The notes under the pieces are model-generated. The model did not search any database. It was not told where the DNA came from and saw nothing but the letters and a program-made list of their open reading frames with translations. Both the position numbers and the translations under genes were made by a program. This document shows positions 1 to 8,370 of a stretch of 12,312 bases of DNA, piece after piece (within the stretch, counting starts at the first letter, position 1; each line of letters begins with the position of its first letter). This stretch comes from Azolla caroliniana. Its lineage: Eukaryota > Plantae > Polypodiophyta. The stretch lies in contig JBHGNT010001077.1 of the NCBI GenBank assembly GCA_043228905.1, positions 1 to 12,312 on the forward strand, given 5' to 3'.

Positions 1-3000
1 CTTCACAATATCATTATAAAATTGTCTTGCCTATAGCTATTTTCGGTTGTAAAAGAATAACCAATAGTTTCTTAATTTAAAATATTTTTAAAAATAATAT
101 GTTAAATTGCTGCACTTACTAATATCCGAATATAAATAAAAATTAATTGGAAAATAATAAGGTGTATTATATTATTATCAGTGTTTATCTAATGAAGAGA
201 AATTATTTCTATAGCTAAATATTTTATAATACTAGTTTAAGTCATGTAATTGAATAAAATGGATAATAATCTAAATAAAGTAGCATTCTTTAAATGACAG
301 GATGAAAGAAAATAATTGAAGATTATATAACCGTAAGCGCAATTAGGGCATATTTTACCATAGTAAATATTCACGTGCACCTAAGTGGAAATGCTTATCT
401 ACTTATATGCATTTAAAATGTTTTAAATAGTATCCAATACGTATCCCGTTTTATACAAACTCTTAACGGATTTTGTAGATTCCGGGTTTTAAAAAACAAT
501 TCATAAAACCAGCGAGGAGCTGTTCAGGCTTCATATCTTCCAAACCGCTTGATGGCTATTTTGTCATCTATAACAGATCATGTTTTTGTATTGGATTTAA
601 CGTTTTGGTAACTTGATCTCTTAAGAATAAAATTAAGATTCTAAAAATTATAACTAAAAAAACCAACCATGGTTTATTTCTATGATAATAAATATAAATT
701 ATAAGGTTATTTTATAACAGCTTGATAGATAGTTAATTAATTTTCGCATTTAGTTTTGACAAATATCACAGTATGAAATTAATGTTAATTTATTTATACC
801 TGTGTGTATATATGTGTGTCATTTAACATTTATCATCCATACAAAAGAAAAACCCATCGTTATTTCAAATTTGTGTGTTTTAACGCAGTATCTTAATAAT
901 GTCAATACAGTACCGATGTTTAACTTTATTCTTTTTTAAAAATAATAGTCATTTTCTTATATATTTTTAATCATTTTAAGAGTTTTGTCTACAGGTACGT
1001 TTGTAAAATTAACTATATCAAAGCTGACCATAACATTGTGTATTAATACTGATTTGTAGTAATTTGTCCTACAAATGGGCAGTATTTTTAATGTGAAACG
1101 AATCTTAATTTTTTCCGAAAACGGAAACAGATGAATTTCTGAAACGTCACCATGTACAAAAATAATTCTTTTAGATAGCGAACTAGCCAATAATAACGCA
1201 TTATATGTGCTAAAAAACCGTATCAAATTGTAGTTCCGATAAAAAACCGAAGCATTACTTCACAGTTCATTAATTGCCGGACAGTTGGAATATCAATTAG
1301 GTTTGCCGGTAGAGCACCTTGTATATGTTTTATTAAATATAACTAGGTGTGTAAAAAAGGGGCAAAAAGCGCGAACGAGTTAGCGCACGACCAGTAAATA
1401 CATACCCTGGCCCGGTTGAGCATGACGATCGTTTCCGACTTCCGGTTATTGACATGTGGAAGCTACAGCTCCGTAAATATTAACTAGATTGCCTACGGGC
1501 CGTTTTAGTTTATCGTTTAAAGCTCTAACTTGTAGCTATTAGCAATGTTTTAGACGTGCTTAGATGGCTTACGATAACAGTTATTACGTGTGTCGGCTTT
1601 AGTTTTATTACTATACCGAATTTAACAATGGAAATTGGATGATGTATTTTATAATATTAAAATACTACCTGTCTTTTTGTATAATAAATGCAATTTTTAC
1701 TTAGGTAAATATATTAAAACTATATATACAATTAAAACGTATTTTCCAATACCAAATATTTTTATATATAACTAATCGGATAAATTATAAACTGCCTCAT
1801 AACATTAGCTTATTTAAAGTGGAACAAAAAAAATTAACATTAAATTAGCTTCTTGTTATTATTTTCTTATTATATGAAATTGTATGCACATCATTTGTTT
1901 TTAAATTGCTGCAAAGGCTAGAATGTCATAATTGTTTGTCAAAAAGATACCGTAACTGATGGTATTAAAGGGCTTAAAAAAGTCTTAAAATATTAGTATC
2001 GTGCTCTTTGTCTGGTTTTAAACCTTAGGTAAAAGTGTATTTGTACTATATCCATGTCAAAATTACCTTGATATACCTGCAGAAAAAATAAACAATAAAT
2101 AACTTAGACTAAGTCAAATGTATTTACAAGTCATTGTTTTGGAACTTGGTAAAAACTATAATTATAAGCCAGTCAAAGCTAAAATGTATATTTTAAAGGA
2201 GTCGTCCTGTCTTAATTAAATTTAAAATCAGTTTGTTATTTTCAACTGTAGTAAGTCAGTCCACTTAATGTGTTTCAGATAATACGGATTTCTGATTTTG
2301 ATTTTTGGGTATTCCGTTTGTTTGCTAAAACAACTTAATTGATACAGGAAATCTAAAATATTTGTTTTAGGTGGTAAAGCTTTTTAGTATTTAGACATAG
2401 TTCCTTAGTTTGTTTTCTTATAACATAATCATGTCTTTATTGATTTCCCACACAATTCTTTAACTGTCTTGGTGTTCATTATTTCGATGATGATATATAT
2501 TTGCTTTGTTAAACAGTTCTCACCATTTTCAGTTTATTTGTGTAGTTTCTCAATTTACATTTAAAGCCTATACCATGGTTTTTCACGTTACTATAATGCG
2601 ATCTGTTTTTTTGTTATTGTTATTTCTCTATGCATGTGGAAAACCTGTTTTTTTAGTTTAATAGGTATCTTCACTTAAAAGATCTGGTTTAACCATGGGA
2701 AGGCTGTCCATGCATATGATATTTATACCCCATTTAATCAGTTTTTTTATTTGTCTGTTTTGTTAAATATGCAAAAAAATATATATTTTTAAAGTGTCCA
2801 CATACAGAAACTTAGTTTTATGATTTGAACACCAATCAAACAATAGTAATTTTCAGTACTACTTATCAGGAGAACTTTTTTTTCGTAGTGATTTAGCTGG
2901 AAATTTTAGTCCCAAAACATAAGTATTCATCGTAGGATTAAACAGAGATAGGAAAAAGTTTAATATGTTTATATATTAGTAAAAATAAATAATTAAAATA

Positions 3001-3719
3001 GTATAATTATTTTTTGTAAACTATTGTACTTAACAAATATCAATGGTTTTATTATTTTATTTTGAACCATTGTAATACTTTCTTCTAGAATAAATAATGT
3101 TTATTAATCACTTGAGTATGAAATCGACAATGTTCTCTCGTGAATGATAAATTATACCTTACGTGTTTATTAAGATCGGCTAGATATAACAATTTACGTT
3201 TTTAAATATATTTCATATCTCTCGGCAATTGTCACGGTTTACCAACAATGGGACAAACGACAGAACGAATGTAACGACACAATATTAATTATGCATTTGT
3301 ACCCGCAATGACATGATTTAAATTGACGTCTGTAACCAATCCACGCATAATTTAAACTAAGAGGATTCCAGAGAATTACAATAAACGATGCATATTATAC
3401 ATTCGCACACGCATAAATCTGTCGACATACCTTTAAACCTATAACTTTAAACAACGCATATACGTTTCCAATATTTATTTCTCCGTCGTGAACGTTGTGC
3501 GGTTATCGCGCGTGGGCGAGGGAGTATAAAAAGGCCAATTCTAACCGCAATACCGAGGTGCACTTATGGCATCAAATTCAATAAAAAGATGCTCGGCTCT
3601 CGAGCATCAGATAAATAATAAACTGGAGAGGCATCATACGCGCGTCTAGCATATCTACTCCCCGAGGACCAAAAGACATGACACTCCACTTTCGCAGAGG
3701 TCTTTCCATGCAAAAAAAT

Positions 3720-3761
3720 ATGGGAACACGACACCTTGCCGTCAAAATCGCGTGTTCCCAT
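3720..3761. repeat. Perfect 11-bp inverted repeat (hairpin) with a 20-nt loop
   Basis: ATGGGAACACG (3720-3730) and CGTGTTCCCAT (3751-3761) are exact reverse complements. Confidence 0.85.
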
Positions 3762-4065
3762 CATATTTGGAATATTCATGATGCAAAAGGCTTTTTCGAT
3801 ACGTCATCTGAAAAAATACGCGAGTGCTTTTCACTATATATATTTTTTTAAACTAACATTTTAAAATTTGTATTTTAATTCTAATATTTAAAAAAAAGTT
3901 ATTCCATTAAATGTGTCTTATAAATTAATATTTTTTTTGTTTTTGTAATTTTCCAAATGATATTAGTATTTTTTTGCATTGGGTATAGTTTTGTTAACCA
4001 CCTCTATAAGTGTTTTCTATTATAGAAGACCATGATCAGTGCCGTGTTGACAAAAATGTTTGAAG

Positions 4066-4107
4066 TTCTCTCTCTCTCTTTCCCTCCCTCCCTCTCTTTC
4101 TTTCTCT
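4066..4107. repeat. (CT)n/(CCCT)n pyrimidine microsatellite
   Basis: Uninterrupted pyrimidine run TTCTCTCTCTCTCTTTCCCTCCCTCCCTCTCTTTCTTTCTCT. Confidence 0.9.
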
Positions 4108-4162
4108 ACATTATAATATTTAAAAACTAACATTGAAAACACCAGGTAATTTAATTTACACC

Positions 4163-4254
4163 CATGAAATATAAGATTTAAAGGGAGCTTCAGATACATG
4201 GTTTATTCATAAGATCGTTGCTGCAAGGGCTCCCTTTAAAAATTAAATTTCATG
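4163..4254. repeat. 92-bp foldback: 26-bp inverted arms (23/26 match) with a 40-nt spacer
   Basis: Left arm CATGAAATATAAGATTTAAAGGGAGC (4163-4188); the reverse complement of 4229-4254 is CATGAAATTTAATTTTTAAAGGGAGC. Confidence 0.85.
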
Positions 4255-5339
4255 ATTGTGGAAGGAATTTATTCTGTAAAAAGCTCGCACTGGTAATTGT
4301 TTTAAAATTTGATGATTGTATATAATTTTTAAACATGCAATATATTGGCCTATTTAATTTGATTTTTATTTGTAATTTGCTGTAATCAATAAATAGAAAT
4401 TATAAACTAAAATTAATAATAAAAACAAACATTTCTCGCAAGATGATATTTTTATGGATAGATAGATATGATTTATTAATTCCAAATAAGCGATTACACT
4501 TACAAAAGCCCAATTGGGCGTGGAACTGTGTCTTACAAGCTACACAATATATATTAATAGTAACACAATAATAGCTTATACTGGTAAAATTTGTTTTCAA
4601 TTATAAAAGATTATGATTATTATCATTAATTACTATCCTAATTCAGCATATGCTGACAAAATAACTAAAATTTGTACATTTTCTAGAAACGGTAACGCAT
4701 ATATTTAATAATACATAAAAATAAGAATATTAAAATACATAATAGAAGTATAAAATAGATTAAAAAATGTATAAGATACGTACAATTGAAACAAAAATAA
4801 AACATAAGGTTAAAGGCAGACATATAAAGTTTAATAAAATAAATTAAAATCTGGAAATATTTAAAACTAAATCGCCCTTTTATCAGGATCATTAAAAAAT
4901 TCATTGATATTATAAAAGGCCTTACTGACTAGATATTTTTTTAATACACACTTTAGTTTATTCTTTGGTAAATTTCTGATACTCTCTGAAAAGCTGTTAA
5001 TTTTTTTATGATACAGTACTTTACATTTTTCTGTAGATATAGGTAGAGTTTTGAGAGTTTCCTATTGATTTTTTCCTAAAAAATTGGGAAAATATAATTA
5101 ATTTTTTCTTGTATTCTTAAAAAATGTTGCCGTTTGAGACAAATATCATTTAGTGTTTTATATATTCTGAAATATCCAAGTGTGGTGTAAATATTTTAAC
5201 CACCTTAAACTACATTTTACTCTTTAATTTTTTTATCTTATCAACTTTTAAACATATAAACATAAAAATAATATCCCCCCCATCCACAAAATGACCACCC
5301 TGCCCCTGCCCGTAAACTGATAAGACGCCATCATTTATA

Positions 5340-5363
5340 CCTAAGTATTGTTTCTGATTGCAG
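5340..5363 (+). promoter_or_regulatory. Branch-point-like motif and 3' splice acceptor of the hth exon
   Basis: CCTAAG (resembles CTAAY), then TATTGTTTCTGATTGCAG, then an abrupt switch to GC-rich coding sequence. Confidence 0.75.
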
Positions 5364-5487
5364 CGGCCCCCCTCGTCGTCGCTGAGCTACGGGGGCCCCG
5401 TGAATGACGACGTCAGGTCGCCCGGCACGCCTGGACCCCTCTCGCAGCCCCCCGCTTCGCAGCAAAGTCTCGATGCCTCGGATCCTG
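5364..5487 (+). CDS. hth: homothorax internal coding exon (linker between HM/MEIS domain and homeodomain); phase 0 start, phase 1 end
   Basis: GC-rich block bounded by TTGCAG| and G|GTAAGT. It translates to RPPSSSLSYGGPVNDDVRSPGTPGPLSQPPASQQSLDASDP, matching the insect Hth segment I recall from Drosophila (RPPSSSLSYGGAMNDDARSPG..TPGPLSQQPP.LDTSDP). It lies within ORF 5358..5573. Confidence 0.92.
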
Positions 5488-5909
5488 GTAAGTCATCCCA
5501 ATTTGTATTTTTAAAGGATATGTTAGTTTATCTGCTTGTTCGACATTACGATTTCTATATCCATATTTTTTAATTTGCTTACTCTTAATCACAATATCAA
5601 TACCAATTTTTTTTAGTTTGCTTTAATTTTTATCAGAGATGTGCTTTATAATTGCTAATAATTATTTGTAATTTTAATTGTTTTTACCAAGACTACAAAA
5701 GGACTTTCTTTGTCTTTACTTTACAAATAAAAGCTGCAGTACGATCTACTAGATATAATTTTACAGCATTCCGACAAAAAGTAGAAATTATATATTGTTG
5801 TTAAAACGAAGAGAAGCCAATATTTTGAATGTGTTCGGACATAAATACTTAAACAGCCTAGGTGTGATAAAGTTGTTAATTCTGTGAACAAAACTTATAA
5901 AGACACAAT

Positions 5910-5936
5910 AGGCTCCATGCATACATTTTTATTTTC
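5910..5936 (+). repeat. Left terminal inverted repeat (imperfect)
   Basis: AGGCTCCATGCATACATTTTTATTTTC versus the right-end reverse complement AGCGTCCTTGCAAGAATTTCATTTTC. Including flanks, CAATAGGCTCCATGCA versus CAATAGCGTCCTTGCA match at 13/16. Confidence 0.65.
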
Positions 5937-6040
5937 TGTTAAATCTAATCATTGACAACTAGCTAAGGAGTATACCAAATATTTTTTAAAAATTATAACT
6001 TTTAATCACGTTATAACCGATAAAAGTTTAAAGGGCTCTT

Positions 6041-6052
6041 TTTCGCGCCAAA
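6041..6052. promoter_or_regulatory. Overlapping bidirectional E2F-type site in the transposon left end
   Basis: TTTCGCGCCAAA fits the TTTSSCGC consensus on both strands and has the form of the classic DHFR-promoter E2F site. Function is untested. Confidence 0.45.
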
Positions 6053-6078
6053 ACAGCATAGAGACTGACGGCCATGCG

Positions 6079-6096
6079 TGTGACGTCACGATGCAT
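6079..6096 (+). repeat. Left copy of an 18-bp subterminal inverted repeat containing the CRE palindrome GTGACGTCAC
   Basis: TGTGACGTCACGATGCAT is the exact reverse complement of 7040-7057. Confidence 0.9.
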
Positions 6097-6246
6097 TAAT
6101 TCTGGCCGGTGGTGCATGACGACCTTTGAACGACCTGTTGATTTACATTCTATACTGTTGATTTTTGGTTAGTTTGCGAGATTTTCGAGTAAGTTTATAT
6201 TTATTTATATAGTTATTGTTTGAAATAAAAAAAAGGTATATAAACA

Positions 6247-6367
6247 TTAATTAATGTTCCATAAAACCCAAAACAAAAAAAAACTTTGATTGATAGCTGT
6301 TGCTAGACGCGATTCCAAACATGTATCTGCAAAAAGCCATCTTTATGCTTGTGAAGATCATTTTAAT
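6247..6367 (+). pseudogene. Decayed first exon of a THAP-domain transposase
   Basis: Reads LINVP*NPKQK, then a frameshift in the A-run, then KL*LIAVARRDSKHVSAKSHLYACEDHFN, ending at a GTAAGT donor (6368). It retains the THAP hallmarks VP, W (as TGA) and CxxHF. The N-terminal Cys pair appears deleted. Confidence 0.8.
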
Positions 6368-6824
6368 GTAAGTTAAGTTTTTAATTCTATATTTATTGAT
6401 AATTATTTATATATTTTAAATCACATTAAATATTCATAATACCCCCATTTTAAAGTTTCATTCTTTTTCTATAAACAAGAAATTATAATTTTTAATTTAA
6501 TATATCTAAAAAATTGAAAGAAAATTATTTTTAATATAGGTTTACATGGATATCTAGAAATATAACTAGTATTACTTTATACTTACATGTTTATACATAA
6601 AACACATTTTACATTTTAATTGAAGTAAATAATAAGCAGAGCATCGAAAAAATTTCCACATATAAGTTATTCAAAAAGTAATCCTAACCTACAAAAGTAT
6701 ATTTTTAATTAAAAATGTAAATTATTTGTTCTAATTACCAAAAACCTTTCTAAATAAAGTATAAATCCCGTTTTATTTGAATATTTACTATTTTTAATTT
6801 GGAAAAAAAGCTTTTTTTTCTCAC

Positions 6825-6953
6825 CTTTGCTTTAACACCCCGTATTTCTGCTGATGTAAATAATCCACTACTGGAGATAAATTTCCCCACCATCAAAACA
6901 TCTACCTCTGGTAGATTCTCGGACTGACCCTTAACATATCCTTGTTTAGTAAT
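6825..6953 (-). pseudogene. Decayed first exon of the second transposon gene (N-terminus of insect SWIM zinc-finger/YqaJ exonuclease-type proteins)
   Basis: ITKQGYVKGQSENLPEVDVLMVGKFISSSGLFTSAEIRGVKAK, then an AAG|GTGAGA donor. It resembles the recalled family N-terminus GFVKAxSxNLPxVDxxMVxxFxxxxxxFxSAExRGVKA. The likely ATG reads ATT (6951-6953). It lies within ORF 6750..7025. Confidence 0.75.
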
Positions 6954-7039
6954 TTTTAGAATTATTGTGCAGAAATCACAATGAAAATCATAAAACTTCT
7001 TAATCACCACAAGTAAACAATTCAAAGTTTCAAAGAAAG

Positions 7040-7057
7040 ATGCATCGTGACGTCACA
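7040..7057 (-). repeat. Right copy of the 18-bp subterminal inverted repeat
   Basis: ATGCATCGTGACGTCACA is the exact reverse complement of 6079-6096. Confidence 0.9.
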
Positions 7058-7212
7058 GTCAATACCAGGGCGTTTTGGGTCACGTGTTTTTTGAGCTCAT
7101 TCTTACGCATTTGAAATGCCAATTGCTCGATAAAATATGTAAATGTCTGCAAAAATGTGCGACAGAATGGTTATTGATTGGTATAAACAAGAGGTTTATC
7201 GACTTTTGGTTT

Positions 7213-7238
7213 GAAAATGAAATTCTTGCAAGGACGCT
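7213..7238 (-). repeat. Right terminal inverted repeat (imperfect)
   Basis: GAAAATGAAATTCTTGCAAGGACGCT followed by AT (putative TSD). Confidence 0.65.
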
Positions 7239-8353
7239 ATTGAAAATAGCCCAAAAAAACATTTTAGCAAGTATAGTGTCAATATAAAGCTTTAGAAAAT
7301 AAACCATGTTTTAAGGATAAGCGGAGCAAGCAAAATTTAACATCTCAGTGCCAATCGAAAAAAATATAAAATAAAACTTAAACTCTAAAAAAGAGTCCTA
7401 TTTATACGTCCCAACACTTTTTGTTGAACACCAATAAATCAAACATTCACTAAAAAGAATATTTTATCAGGATAAACCTTTGTGTAGAGATCGAAACGTT
7501 GATTTAAAAAATACATTAGTTAGATCCATGTGATGACGCTGACTTATGTAGACGTGATAAATTGAGATTTGTTTGCCCGTAGAAATATATTTGAATATTG
7601 AAGTCGAACATACACAGCCATACCGATGTGTGTGTCGCATTGTGGTGACGTTAGTTTAATTCACGACCGGCTAATGAAAGTTTATGACCTAGCCACGTGA
7701 CCGCTGCCACATAACGTCCTTTTATTGTGACGTTTACTTCGTCGGTTCAACTGTCAGTTAGTTAGCTAAAAGTCATATGCATCATTATGCAGTCCGACTG
7801 TTATACGCTCGTTTAAATGTGACGTACTACGGTGTAGTGCTCGCGTTAAACACTTCAGTTTTGCATTTTTATTACGTCGACTCATTTCTTTTTTACCACC
7901 CACGTACACTACCTAAAACTCATTTCGGATAGAGTTTCGAGTCGAGTGGCGTATTAAAAAAGACTCAATTATTTTTGGAAGGAGCCAGATATGTTTTTAA
8001 CGACACTCGAAACAGTTGGGGTCCGTATTAAAACGGTTCAAGAGTTTTAATATTTTATGCCGGTATGGAATTTGAAATCGTATTACATCAGAGCGAGTAA
8101 CCTAACACATTTATGGTAAATCCATTTATATTATTAAAAACAAACGAACTGGGTGTCCAAAATAATCAGGAATGCTTGAATTTGGGACATGTTATATACA
8201 ATCATTTAACAGTTACAAACTTTATAATTGACTTTGGTGTCTCTTTCCCAGTTTTGCTCGGACAACCCTCTCGAATGCTAAATTATCCTAATCTTTTATT
8301 CACTACTTGGTTTTAATTTCATTAACTATTGTCACATCTATTGTTTGTTTCAG

Positions 8354-8370
8354 GTTTGCCATATTTTTAA
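8354..8370 (+). CDS. Candidate alternative terminal coding exon of hth (adds GLPYF-stop, giving a homeodomain-less isoform)
   Basis: Strong acceptor CTATTGTTTGTTTCAG| with ATTAAC at 8321-8326 and no intervening AG. Joined to the phase-1 exon end it reads G|GT TTG CCA TAT TTT TAA. AATAAA occurs at 8506 and 8748. No transcript evidence is available. Confidence 0.3.

Larger units (their letters stand above)
1..5363 (+). other. hth: Large hth intron upstream of the exon (5' end outside the window)
   Basis: Ends in TTTCTGATTGCAG immediately before the hth coding exon. The preceding hth exon, expected to end in about ...GASTPDV, was not found in the window. Confidence 0.75.
5910..7238. mobile_element. 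Non-autonomous, internally deleted ISL2EU-like DNA transposon (PIF/Harbinger-related)
   Basis: Imperfect TIRs AGGCTCCATGCA...TGCAAGGACGCT, flanked by AT at 5908-5909 and 7239-7240 in an aATt context. A perfect subterminal 18-bp inverted repeat is present. Convergent remnants of a THAP-domain gene (+) and a SWIM/YqaJ-type gene (-) match the two-gene layout known for ISL2EU. Confidence 0.8.

Noticed and set aside
3564-3779. Minus-strand 71-aa ORF
   Set aside because: No recognisable homology. Its openness is explained by locally higher GC content and the hairpin symmetry.
4400-4904. Minus-strand ORFs 4400..4600 and 4683..4904
   Set aside because: F/I/L/Y-rich translations typical of AT-rich non-coding DNA, with no motifs or splice support.
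5358-5573. ORF-track 71-aa protein as a standalone gene
   Set aside because: The start is a TTG inside the splice acceptor. Only 5364-5487 is exon, bounded by canonical splice sites.
7075-7307. Overlapping ORFs 7075..7287 (+) and 7080..7307 (-)
   Set aside because: They straddle the transposon right end and flank and show no recognisable domain.
668-7308. 11-mer CATGGTTTATT recurring at 668, 4197 and inverted at 7298
   Set aside because: Short and AT-rich with unrelated flanks and irregular spacing, so it is compatible with chance.
8149-8270. CTGGGTGTCC...GGACAACCCT as a Tc1/mariner MITE remnant, and ORF 8113..8316
   Set aside because: It resembles CAGGGTGTCC-type termini, but the match is only about 8 bp with an indel and there is no TA TSD. 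The ORF has no recognisable features.
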